Position numbers and translations under genes: made by a program | Virus record (IMG/VR): IMGVR_UViG_2690316121_000006 | Source of the DNA: a virus | Lineage: Duplodnaviria; Heunggongvirae; Uroviricota; Caudoviricetes | Strand: one strand, 5' to 3' | Length of the DNA stretch: 64,000 nt | The notes under the pieces: model-generated | What the model saw: the letters and a program-made list of their open reading frames with translations, nothing else | What the model was told of the DNA's origin: nothing | The model's database searches: none | Shown here: piece by piece, positions 31,455-42,000 of the stretch | How the letters are laid out: each line of letters opens with the position of its first letter | How positions within the stretch are numbered: the first letter of the stretch is position 1

Positions 31455-32255
31455 TTAGCGCGTAGCTGCGACAGGTACCAGCACACCAGCATCAAGCAAT
31501 CGCTTCATTAGCCACTGCTGACCTTTGCCGGTTATACGAGTCGTGAAAGAAATCCTGCTTCCGTTGCTTGTGTCGATCACGGTTTCTTTGAGGGTGAAGT
31601 ACCCACGGGATATGTATTCTTGTTTGGGGACGTTCCTGCGTTCACCGGTTGCGATCAGAATTCCGTTATCACGCAACCAGGTGAAGAGATAGTTTTGGCC
31701 CAGGCCGAGCACTTTGGCATAGTTGCCGATTAGAACCCCGCTGGCGGTAGCAACGCGTTCGGCGAATTCGACTTTAGGTGCATCCATAAGCATTTTTTGC
31801 TCCAGCCGTTGCTTTTGCTCTGCCAGGTCGGCAGCCAAACGGAGAGCTTCAGGGAGACTCTGCGGAATAGCAGGTTGTAATCTTCCGGCTCGATAGTCGA
31901 TAAATGTCTGGTTTACCTTCAGCCGAAATGCGGGAGAAATCCAGCCTGCGTACTCCACAGCGAGCAATTCATGGGCAAAAGTGCCGCCGCCACGGCCTTC
32001 GAACGAAACTATGCACTTCTGCATAGTTTCTTTTTCAAGCTCTTCGATGAGCTGTTTGGCTGACAGCGTTCTTAGCCATTGAGCTGGCGCTTTATGGGCA
32101 CCGAGTCCGCTCGCTCTGTGTAGAGCATTAAGGTTGTAACGGCCAGCGCGGTCGGTCGTAATTTCAACACCACAAATAACAGGCAGAGTGGTTGAAGGAT
32201 CGACATTTTGATGAAGGTTTGATATATTCATATCCGCATTGAATGTTTGTTGCAT
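31455..32255 (-). CDS. kilA: KilA: KilA-N domain plus Ant/Bro-C-like C-terminal domain
   Basis: 266 aa; C-terminal 120 aa paralogous to C-terminus of the ant ORF; downstream of a C1 operator. Confidence 0.6.
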   Translation of the reverse strand: MQQTFNADMNISNLHQNVDPSTTLPVICGVEITTDRAGRYNLNALHRASGLGAHKAPAQWLRTLSAKQLIEELEKETMQKCIVSFEGRGGGTFAHELLAVEYAGWISPAFRLKVNQTFIDYRAGRLQPAIPQSLPEALRLAADLAEQKQRLEQKMLMDAPKVEFAERVATASGVLIGNYAKVLGLGQNYLFTWLRDNGILIATGERRNVPKQEYISRGYFTLKETVIDTSNGSRISFTTRITGKGQQWLMKRLLDAGVLVPVAATR

Positions 32256-32324
32256 TTTTTCTCCAAATTTGCATCAACCTTCAATCACCAGCTCGAAATG
32301 GTGATTCTTTGCACTTAGAAAACG

Positions 32325-32341
32325 AAATTTATTAGAGCAAA
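32325..32341 (-). promoter_or_regulatory. C1-repressor operator (1 mismatch) upstream of kilA-repL
   Basis: plus strand AAATTTATTAGAGCAAA. Confidence 0.55.
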
Positions 32342-32419
32342 TTTTTCTGACTCGATCCAGATCGGGTTGGACGATCTGCTCAGAAACCTGCCAGTTTGCT
32401 GGCAGGTTTTTTTCTTTTG

Positions 32420-33463
32420 TTAACCTATTGCTACTGGTTTTAACAAACCAGCATCAAGTAGCTTGCGAGTTAACCACTGCTGGCCTTTACCCGTTAATTG
32501 TGGCGTCAGCCGTATCTGATAGCCATTTTCATCATCCAGCACCACTTCTTTCACCGTGAAATACCCGGCGTTAATGTACTGCTGGCGCGGTACGTTTTTG
32601 CGCGCACCAAAAGCCATGAGAATGCCGTTCTGGCGCAACCATGAGAAAAGGGCGTTTTGCTTAAGTCCAACGACCTTTGCAAAGTTACCGATCAGGATTC
32701 CATTAGCCACTGATACCCGGTCGGCAAAATCGACTTTAGGTGCTGCGGCCACCAGCTGTTGTTCCAGATGCATTTTCTGTTCTGCCAACTCGGCAGCCAG
32801 GCGTAGGGCTTCTGGTAATGTTTGGGGGATCGATGGGGTAGGGGAGTTTGCCTGCTGTAATTCTTCCAGTTTGTCGATCAGCGAACGGCGGACCGCTTTT
32901 GACTCGCGCGCGGCGACTCGCAGGGCTTGTTTGTAGGTCATGGTTATGACCTCAAAAGAGCGCCCGGCCCTTGTGCCATGGGATTTTACGAAAGTTTCGT
33001 AAAATTCCCCATCAAGTTCATCCTTAATTCTATTGAGAAAATCGTTATTGCGGATCTCATTTTCCCCACATAGCTTGCGCGCATCATTAACCATCTTTAA
33101 CAGCGTCTGGCTGTCGATTGTGTCTCCAGTGTTGGAGATAACATTCACAGCTGGTGATGGCGTAGCTGACGTAACAGGTGCTGTTTTTTCAACATTCAAA
33201 TTATTACCGGTCATTCTATGTGCCTCCTTTCTCATTTCTGCTGCCACTGTTGCGTAACGTAGACGTCCTTGTTCAATCAAATAATCCCTGATCTCGGCTA
33301 TCAGTAGCTTGTTGATCACAGCCTTATCTGTTCGGGTATAAAAACGTCTGGTTATCATGAAATAGTTGGCAATTGCGCCGGGGATCTCCCGTGTCGGCAT
33401 ACAGATTGTATGCAAGGCGATCGCTTCGGCTATTTCATTACGGGTGACGAGAGGTGTTTTCAT
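32420..33463 (-). CDS. ant1: antirepressor Ant (immI)
   Basis: 347 aa; C-terminal Bro-C/KilAC-like domain; preceded by icd-like ORF and c4-like region. Confidence 0.6.
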   Translation of the reverse strand: MKTPLVTRNEIAEAIALHTICMPTREIPGAIANYFMITRRFYTRTDKAVINKLLIAEIRDYLIEQGRLRYATVAAEMRKEAHRMTGNNLNVEKTAPVTSATPSPAVNVISNTGDTIDSQTLLKMVNDARKLCGENEIRNNDFLNRIKDELDGEFYETFVKSHGTRAGRSFEVITMTYKQALRVAARESKAVRRSLIDKLEELQQANSPTPSIPQTLPEALRLAAELAEQKMHLEQQLVAAAPKVDFADRVSVANGILIGNFAKVVGLKQNALFSWLRQNGILMAFGARKNVPRQQYINAGYFTVKEVVLDDENGYQIRLTPQLTGKGQQWLTRKLLDAGLLKPVAIG

Positions 33464-33681
33464 AAACCCCCCTGAACGTCGGCAGAGAAGGGGAGGTTCC
33501 AGTAACTAAGTGAATTGCGCGAGTCAGTAGAAAAACGGGCAGTAAAAATGCAGGGGCCATCAGGCAATTGAGAGCGTGCTTCGTCTTCTGTTGCTGCGAT
33601 AACGAAGTGATAGTGGTGTTTTTTACAGGAATAGAAACGCCAGATAAATTCAGGGCGCGCGCAAGGATTGGCATTAACCAT
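33460..33681 (-). CDS. small ORF translationally coupled to ant (Icd-like)
   Basis: 73-aa ORF whose stop overlaps the ant start; RBS region carries the repeated GTTTAGCAGC element. Confidence 0.35.
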   Translation of the reverse strand: MVNANPCARPEFIWRFYSCKKHHYHFVIAATEDEARSQLPDGPCIFTARFSTDSRNSLSYWNLPFSADVQGGL

Positions 33682-33739
33682 AGTTACGGCCTCACAATCA
33701 GGTTTAACAACCTGCTACCCGCTGCTAAACAGGTGGCAG

Positions 33740-33830
33740 GACGTGACGGGGTTAGCAGACTGGCGATTGTGAAACCAGCAGGCCGAAGCCTCCCCATCAC
33801 GCCCCACCATAATTTGGGCGTAACGCGGTT
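33740..33830 (-). ncRNA. candidate c4-like antisense RNA region of immI
   Basis: antisense element AGTCTGCTAACC lies between two copies of GTTTAGCAGC, the second at the icd RBS; boundaries not determined. Confidence 0.3.
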
Positions 33831-33995
33831 TTACGGACACAAAAATACCGCAATATCGGATATCTGCGGCTGTCCGCACAATCATTCAGGCTGCTAAACC
33901 CGGTCGCAGAATTTGCTACGACAGCGGAACTATAAGCCTGAACGATTAAAAGGTCAATATGATGCGAAAAGATAGCATTCGCGACTTAAAAACAC

Positions 33996-34012
33996 AAATT
34001 TATTAGAGCATT
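33996..34012 (-). promoter_or_regulatory. C1-repressor operator (1 mismatch) upstream of immI
   Basis: plus strand AAATTTATTAGAGCATT. Confidence 0.5.
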
Positions 34013-34081
34013 GATTGTATAATAAATACACAAATGGAGCTAATAACCTCTTTTTTTTAAAGGCGAAAATATGTACCCTAA

Positions 34082-34747
34082 ATGGGGTATAAGGCAGGTG
34101 AGGTTTTAATGAGAAAACTATTACTACCGTTATTATTTATGGCTGGGACTGTTAATGCAGCATCAAGTGTAAAGGAGATTTGTACAGATTATACGAAATA
34201 CCTTGGGCACGTTTACGGTTTCACTGTCAGTCAGGACGGCAAAATGAAAAAAGCTCTCCAGAATGATATGACACGCTTAAGTTTGTCTGAAGCAATGGTT
34301 CAGCAAGAAATGTATAAGGTTGCGACAGATGATGCTGCAAAAATGTATTATTCGAAATTTCTTAATCCTAATCTTAATGAATATAACCGTTCGGCTTTTA
34401 ATCAGATGGTAGCGTATTGTGAAACTGCACCAGATATGATGATTCCTAGTTGGGCTGTATTAGTGGCTAATGGAAAAATTCGCAAAGAAGACCAAGGAAA
34501 ATCTTTAAGTAGCTATATAAATAGCGAACAATTTCTGAATGCGCGTGGCATGCGTACTCAAAATACTCAAGGTGCGCTTGAGCGGAGGGCTTTAGGGATC
34601 GCTGATACAAATGATACTGATAATTTGCCCCCTGGAATAAAAAAATGTGTTGAAACTAAGTTAGCTCTAATGAAACGGGACAGCCCTAACATTCCTGTTT
34701 CACAACTTACCGCTACGGCAACTAGTCTCTGCAAAGACGGGCTTTAA
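34082..34747 (+). CDS. secreted protein of unknown function (AT-rich cassette gene 1; probable start at MRKLLL near 34110)
   Basis: signal peptide MRKLLLPLLFMAGTVNA; AT-rich codon usage. Confidence 0.4.
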   Translation: MGYKAGEVLMRKLLLPLLFMAGTVNAASSVKEICTDYTKYLGHVYGFTVSQDGKMKKALQNDMTRLSLSEAMVQQEMYKVATDDAAKMYYSKFLNPNLNEYNRSAFNQMVAYCETAPDMMIPSWAVLVANGKIRKEDQGKSLSSYINSEQFLNARGMRTQNTQGALERRALGIADTNDTDNLPPGIKKCVETKLALMKRDSPNIPVSQLTATATSLCKDGL

Positions 34748-34811
34748 ATGTAAAGATATTCGAAGAAATGTTATTTTAAGGCGTTTTATCTGTGACTGGA
34801 GATAGCTAATC

Positions 34812-35162
34812 ATGTCATCTGAACATGTTCGTAAAGGTGTAACAAATGCGAAATTCAATGAAGAGCAATCTAATATTCTCTTTATTGAAATAGGAATTCT
34901 GTCAATACTGATAGGTTTAATGTCTAGATCATGGTGGGCCTTTGGCGGTTCTTTTCTTGGACTGATTTTTAGTTTAAGAATAAAATTTCTGGCAATACCA
35001 TTGATGATTGTCTTTAGCTTAGTATGGGGAGCTATTGGCTATAGTATTGGTACTTTGTTTGAATCAACAGCAGCAAGTATTGTTTTGGGGGTAATTGCTT
35101 TCCTGAGTGGCTTGGGTACTCATTTTGCTGCCGTGCAATGGGCAAATGATATTGCAGAATAG
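34812..35162 (+). CDS. small multi-TM membrane protein (cassette gene 2)
   Basis: 116 aa with three hydrophobic helices. Confidence 0.4.
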   Translation: MSSEHVRKGVTNAKFNEEQSNILFIEIGILSILIGLMSRSWWAFGGSFLGLIFSLRIKFLAIPLMIVFSLVWGAIGYSIGTLFESTAASIVLGVIAFLSGLGTHFAAVQWANDIAE

Positions 35163-35184
35163 TTACAGATAAGAAGCGAAAAGA

Positions 35185-35661
35185 ATGAATATGAGATGGT
35201 TTTTATTATTTGTATCGTTAGTTTCAGCAGGATCATTTGCAAAAGTTGATCCTCTACAATGGAATGTAATTGAAGAGAGAGGGGGAAGAGAATATACAAT
35301 CCATAATCATAATGGTGATAAGATAAGTTTTTTATGTGATATGGGATTCATGTATGGTTCACCAGATAGTGCAGGTAGTTTAGGCTTGTTGCTAAGTTCG
35401 TCGAATAATAAAAAGGAGTATAATGCTGACAAGAATAAAATAGTATTAACTATAGATGGTGAGCAATATCCTTTTAGCAATCTTGGGTCAATGGTTGGAG
35501 ATTCTTGGTGGTATGCCTTTTGGCAAGATGCAGCAGATTCAAATGCTAATATGATTGATGCTTATGTTGATAATGAAAAAATTGCTACATTCCCTCTTTC
35601 TGGGCTAAGTAAGTTGTATCAACAAGCCAAAATGGATGGATGTATTAAACGGGGCAAATGA
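35185..35661 (+). CDS. secreted protein of unknown function (cassette gene 3)
   Basis: 158 aa; signal peptide MNMRWFLLFVSLVSAGSFA. Confidence 0.4.
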   Translation: MNMRWFLLFVSLVSAGSFAKVDPLQWNVIEERGGREYTIHNHNGDKISFLCDMGFMYGSPDSAGSLGLLLSSSNNKKEYNADKNKIVLTIDGEQYPFSNLGSMVGDSWWYAFWQDAADSNANMIDAYVDNEKIATFPLSGLSKLYQQAKMDGCIKRGK

Positions 35662-35702
35662 TCTTTCTGTGTTAAAGACTAACGCAACCAATAAAACATT
35701 GG

Positions 35703-36770
35703 TTGCGTAATATTCTATTATATAGATGGAATAATATGACCAAAATTACTAATTCTAATGAGTTGGAGTTACTGTACAAACAGTCAGTAATCATTCCATC
35801 ATACAAAGATCACGTAGCGATTTTGCAAAAACAATTAGGAATAGAAAAATATTCTTTTCAAAATATGACAAGATTGAATAGACAAGCTGTAATTAGTAAC
35901 TCTCTTCGGAAACAATTGGCTAGTATGCCGAACTTGGCTGGAATAGGCAGCAAGTATCGTGAACATATCGCGATTTTACAGAAACAGACTCAGGCTCTTT
36001 TTCCTCATGACGCAAATAAATACATTCAAATGCTAAGGAAACAGGCAGAAATTGCTATGCCGTTGCGAAACCAGTTAGAGATACTTAATAAACAGGCTGG
36101 TTTAAATAACATGCAGGCGATGCTTAATGAATTAAGACAACATGTAAATTATAAGACAGATTTTAATAATGGAATAGCACTATTATTAAAACAATATACT
36201 CTGGCAAAAGGTTCTCCATTGCATCAAGTAATGGAGCAAGGTCTTTCATCTATTGCACAGGCTTATGCTGAAGGTGCTACTGAAACATCACACACGAAAA
36301 GTAATGTTCAAAATAAAGGATTAAATAAATATAGCTCAAAGTTTGTTGATTCATTTAAAGAGCTTCCTTATCCACTGCAATGGTTACTAATGGTTATATT
36401 TTCTCAAGTTGTGTTTGGTGCTTTTATTGATTACGGAAAAGAGAAAACCTTGCTGGGAATACACAAGGCAGAATCATATGTTATATCGCTGTTTGAGGAT
36501 AAACCAATATCAAAACAACAAATAATTAAAGAAAACAAAGAAATTAGTTGGGAAGATCTCAATGGTTTTCGTTTTATAACTGGTGAGAACGTAAGATTAC
36601 ACGTCAGTCCGTCTATAAATAGTGAGGTTATTGAATGCATTGGCAAAAATACTATAGTGGCTGTTTTAGATAAAAAAGATCGCCAATGGCTTTTCGTGCA
36701 GGTTAAATCAGGGGACGAGTTTATTACTGGATGGATTACACGAACATACACAAAGCCTCTTAAGGCTTGA
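35703..36770 (+). CDS. membrane-associated protein with internal sequence repeats and C-terminal SH3b-like domain (cassette gene 4)
   Basis: 355 aa; repeats HVAILQKQLG / HIAILQKQTQ / IQMLRKQAEI; TM segment; C-terminal SH3b-like pattern. Confidence 0.4.
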   Translation: MRNILLYRWNNMTKITNSNELELLYKQSVIIPSYKDHVAILQKQLGIEKYSFQNMTRLNRQAVISNSLRKQLASMPNLAGIGSKYREHIAILQKQTQALFPHDANKYIQMLRKQAEIAMPLRNQLEILNKQAGLNNMQAMLNELRQHVNYKTDFNNGIALLLKQYTLAKGSPLHQVMEQGLSSIAQAYAEGATETSHTKSNVQNKGLNKYSSKFVDSFKELPYPLQWLLMVIFSQVVFGAFIDYGKEKTLLGIHKAESYVISLFEDKPISKQQIIKENKEISWEDLNGFRFITGENVRLHVSPSINSEVIECIGKNTIVAVLDKKDRQWLFVQVKSGDEFITGWITRTYTKPLKA

Positions 36771-36875
36771 ATTTTATCACCGTATCTTGGGGCTGGTTGT
36801 TGATGACGATGTGCTACTTGACGTACTTGAGTTTTTTAACGCAGCATCTGAAATGTGCAGACTGACCGGTAACAA

Positions 36876-37490
<615 letters not shown>

Positions 37491-37500
37491 GGGGGCTGAT

Positions 37501-38112
37501 ATGGGGCTTAATGTTGCTTCAGTAAAGTCTTATGTATCTTCGGCATTAACGACGACATTATTTGGCTCCGGCGTTGGTGAACGGGAAGTTGGTAAGCTGA
37601 CGTCAATCATCATGAACAAAATGCTGTTCGCGCAAGGATGGCAGTTCTCTGTCGAAGTTGATGGTCTGGAGGGGGCAGACTTCTTTGCTAAAGACATTAC
37701 CTACCACGATTACAGCATCGAATATGAAACGATTAAAATCGGCGGAGGGAATATCCTTCAGCCAACGGAGCGTTCGCCAGGGCAGATAACAATGATGGTC
37801 AGGGATACCGTTGATGGCCTCGTTTTGGACTGGTTTAAGACGGCAAAAAGTCGGGTGATCAATCCTGACGGCACCGGGAACATACCATCTAAATATTTGC
37901 TCAATGTGCGTATTTATCGGTTGCTGTCCTCCGGTTTAACCAAACTGGAAAATGAGATGACGGTATTCCCGGTCACTACCGGAGATGTCACCTATGCGCG
38001 GGATCAGGTTACGGAATTTAAGTCATTCCCAATGACCTTCGCATTGCACAGCACGTTTAACCAATCCTCAAGTTCTTTGGCTTCCCTTCTGGGCTTTAGC
38101 TTTTCTCTTTGA
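37501..38112 (+). CDS. tail tube protein candidate
   Basis: 203-aa ORF two genes upstream of tape-measure-like Sit. Confidence 0.4.
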   Translation: MGLNVASVKSYVSSALTTTLFGSGVGEREVGKLTSIIMNKMLFAQGWQFSVEVDGLEGADFFAKDITYHDYSIEYETIKIGGGNILQPTERSPGQITMMVRDTVDGLVLDWFKTAKSRVINPDGTGNIPSKYLLNVRIYRLLSSGLTKLENEMTVFPVTTGDVTYARDQVTEFKSFPMTFALHSTFNQSSSSLASLLGFSFSL

Positions 38113-38126
38113 ATTAAGGAGCAAGG

Positions 38127-39008
38127 ATGCTTTTACCTCTTTTCCCGCTACCATCGCGGCCAACTGAATTGATCCAGTTCCGTCAGCCAAATATTGCTGA
38201 TGCGATGCGTTTCAACTCGATAACACCGGAGGAACAAGAACAACAGACAACGGCGTATTTAAAAGCCTTGCTGGCTGAACCCGCGAAACATGATCCCCTG
38301 ACATGGACAGCGCAGGACCGGATTACCGCGTTATGGTGGATATTTACCGGCTCCCGTGAAACACCGGTCGAGACATTCACCTACACCTGTAAACATTGCG
38401 GTAAAGAGCATTATTACGATTGCGATATGAATGCCCTGGCTGAAGATATCCAGGTCCTGGAAGCGGAACCGTTCATTGACGATATTGAGGTGTCTGTAGA
38501 GGGAGTGCCTTATCAATGGCGTATCGTGCCGCTTGATGGTTGGGCAATGGAAATGCTGGAGATGCGCCGTGCAGCATTGCCACCTGAAGACGACGCGGAA
38601 TTCAAAGAAGCGATCGTTGATTTGCGTTTTTGGGAATTCGCTTATCAGTGTGAGCTTTATAACGATGTTAGCGGTACTCGTGAAGATCAGGCTGAGCGTC
38701 GTTATGAAACGATTAAACGGATGGCCATTGATACTGAATTTATGAAGCTGGCGGCACACATCCGACTGGCTCATGAAAAGCTCGAACATGGTTTGCCGTG
38801 CTACATCGATAAAGGTGAAATGCGTCTTCGTCTCCCGCCGCATAAATGCCCAAATCAGGATAAAAAGGAGTCCACAGAGGGTGCATATACCCGTCTGTGG
38901 GTGCCCTTTCGGGCTACCGACTTCATTCCACAGGTGGGGATTGAAAAGCTATCAGACCTTAGTGTCCAACCTGGTTTTGTATGGGGGTATACCGATTCAG
39001 GACGCTGA
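38127..39008 (+). CDS. tail assembly protein with Cys-rich motif (P1 PmgB-like position)
   Basis: 293 aa; CKHCGKEHYYDCD motif; immediately upstream of sit. Confidence 0.35.
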   Translation: MLLPLFPLPSRPTELIQFRQPNIADAMRFNSITPEEQEQQTTAYLKALLAEPAKHDPLTWTAQDRITALWWIFTGSRETPVETFTYTCKHCGKEHYYDCDMNALAEDIQVLEAEPFIDDIEVSVEGVPYQWRIVPLDGWAMEMLEMRRAALPPEDDAEFKEAIVDLRFWEFAYQCELYNDVSGTREDQAERRYETIKRMAIDTEFMKLAAHIRLAHEKLEHGLPCYIDKGEMRLRLPPHKCPNQDKKESTEGAYTRLWVPFRATDFIPQVGIEKLSDLSVQPGFVWGYTDSGR

Positions 39009-39089
39009 AAGGCTTACTGAATCCTATGCGTTTTTCCTGTTGGAGAAACTGGAAGAAAAACTTAAACCGAAACGGTAGGCGATAAGATC

Positions 39090-42000
39090 ATGGAACGAAA
39101 AAACGCCAACATTGACGATGTTATAAGGACAGTTGAAACCGCCAGCGCAAAAGAGCTGGAAGAGCTTGCAGGTATCCGGGAAGCTGTTGAAGATTTGAAA
39201 GGGGGGCGCGTTGCAACTGTTGATCCTGTCTCTCGCAGTGTGTCGGCATTAAATCGCACAATCGAAAATTCACGGCCAGACTTTGTGGCCAATGCGCCAT
39301 CAGTGGACCCTATTGTTGAGGCAATGAAACGGCTTAACTTAGGGGACGTTTCTCGTGTAGTTCAGGAAGATGTTGCTCAACAGGAACAGCGGGCCAAATC
39401 AACCACACCAAAGGGTAAAAAACGACGCAGGAAGGCTATACCAGAGGATGTAAAGGCACAACGGACCGAAGCAGCCGAACACGCTCGCGAAATGTTCGGT
39501 CAAAAAGGCGGTGCGCAAAAAAGCCAAAACCAACGCGATGCGCGTGGTCGTTTTATTGGGAAGTCAGGGAGTAAGGCCGCAGCGGAAGATGCCCGTGCTG
39601 AACGTGCTGAAAAAGCTAGGCGCAAAGAGGATGATGAGCGTCTAAATGCTGAATCGGGTTTATTAAAAAAACTGTCAAAAGTAGCTGAAGGCATAGGTAA
39701 CCCTTCAGAGACTCGTGCCGTCGATGCTTTAGGTTATGCCGTTGCTGGTCCATTGTGGGCAGCAGGAAAGGAGCTTGGCGGAATATCAAAAGAAGTTGGC
39801 GGTTCGCTTAATGGTGCCAGAAAGTCAATTGCCGATGTGATTCGTGGCAATGACGATAACAGCCGTAGAAAAGGTTTTTTTAGGCGTAAATCGCAAAGTA
39901 GTGCCGATGTCGTTCAGGTTAACACCCAAAAACGGACGGTTCAGGAACTTCAGGATCAGACCAGCGAAATTAAAGAGGGCAATGACAAGATTCTCAGCGC
40001 CCTTGATCAGATAGCCAAAAACACCGGGAAAAAGAAGGGCGGCTTGCTGTCCAAATTATTTAGCCTGTTAGGGAAGGGGGCCGGTGGTATTGCTTCCCTT
40101 ATTTTTGGCCGTGGGGCACTAAAGAAAGTTGGCTCGATGGCACTAGGCGCTTTAGGTATAAAAAAAGTTGCAAGCTTATTGGGCTTTGGTGGGAAAAAAG
40201 CTGCTGCCAAAGAAGCTGGCGAATTGGCTACTCGCGGTGCCGGAAAACTTGCAACTAAGGGATTGGAGAAACTAGGTGTTAAGGCTTTTGCAAAGGGGGC
40301 TTTACGCGCAATTCCGCTAGTCGGCACGGTGGCTGGAGGTATCTATGATGCGGTAACCGGTTGGAATGATACAGAAGCACAACGTCGGACCTTTGGGCTT
40401 AAGGATGGGGAAGATCCATCTTTTCAGCAAAAAGCGGCTTATACACTGGCTAACGTTCTCGATATGGGAGGACTGGTATCTGGTATTAGCAATGCCATTG
40501 GTGGCGTTCTCAAATCACTTGGATTTGAGGATATCGGCAATATGTTGCAATCATTTTCGACGGAAAGTATTGCCCAGGCCATTGATAGTGGGATTACCAA
40601 TTTAGAAACATATATTTCTAACCTTGGTGACACCATATCCACAACATTCAACGATTACACAGCCAAGATTGGCGATGCTATTTCAGCCTGGTTCAGTGAC
40701 ACAACCAAGAGTCTGAACGAAAAATTAGACGCCATCAAAGACTTCTTTACTGTCGATAACCTGAAAAAGGTTTTCAGTGATGCAATTGATAGTGCAATTG
40801 ATTTCATTAAGAACCCGGGAAAATACATTAAAGAGGCTGGTAGTAATCTATGGAATGCCGCAAAAGAGCTTCCTGGTAAGGTTGCCGATGCCGCTGTTCA
40901 GAGCACCCCTGTGGCCTGGGTTGCATCAAAGCTAGTCAACAAAGCGGATGCGAAAGAGGTTACACCTGAATTAAAAACACCAGCTAAAGAAAGTCAGGAG
41001 GACAATGCTCCTAAGACTGAATATACCCCTAAAAAGGCTAATATTGTCACTCGTGTTGTAAATGCATCCCTAGAGACGGCGAAAGATAGCAATAAAACAG
41101 TTAAAGAAACTGCCAATCAGATTATCAATGCAAATGCCGTAGAAACGGGCAATCGAGCGTTGCAGAAAATTGATAATGCTATTGGTCAAAATAGCTCATC
41201 ATCATCGTCGCTTAATACTACTGGCACTAGGAATGACATTCAGAAAGCTGCGGATACCTACAACAATGGCAACTTAGATGTAAAAGTCGGAAGCCTTGGC
41301 GCTGAAGGTAAGGCAAATCTGGATAAGCTGGCTCCGTATTTTGCTGAACTAGAGAATAAATATGGCCTTCCTGAAGGCACTCTTTACTCGATTGCGGCAA
41401 CTGAATCAGGAGGGGATCCTAACGCAAAGTCTCCGCTTACAAGATCACCAGATGGAAAGTTAAGTGGTGGCGCACTCGGGATGTTCCAGTTCACGAGTAT
41501 TGCTCGTAAAGAGACAGGGATATCGGAACAGGATGCTTTTGATCCTGTGAAATCGGCAGAAGCTGCGGCTCTTCTCATGAGCAAGTATCTGAAGCAAGCC
41601 AATGGAGACTTAAACGAGGCCATCACTGCATATAACGCTGGGTTTGGCACTATTAATAAGTGGAAAAAAGGCACAGGTGACTTATCGAAAGAAAACCGTG
41701 AGTACGCGATCAAGGTCAATACTCATCGTGCTCGCTATTTAGGTGGTGAAATCTATACACCTAGAGCAGGAACACAAGGGGGAAGACCGCAACAAAGTGG
41801 CCAATCACCAAGAATGGATAACCTTCCTGAAAACGCCTTTGTTGATCAGTCTACGGGCCTGGCGTTTACCCCTGGCCAAAATCCGTTTGAAAAAGGGGGA
41901 TTAGTAGACCGGATTGGTGAACTTACGGGGGTGAACGATCTGGCCAGCAAATTCCTGAATGGCCGGGGTATGCGTCGGGAAGTCGTTCAGGGAACGCTCG

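Noticed and set aside
38773-39078. Possible programmed frameshift extension of the gene upstream of sit (tail-chaperone G/GT analogue)
   Set aside because: The overlapping 101-aa frame would need a +1 shift, I found no convincing slippery site, and its composition in the overlap looks random; most likely a chance open frame.
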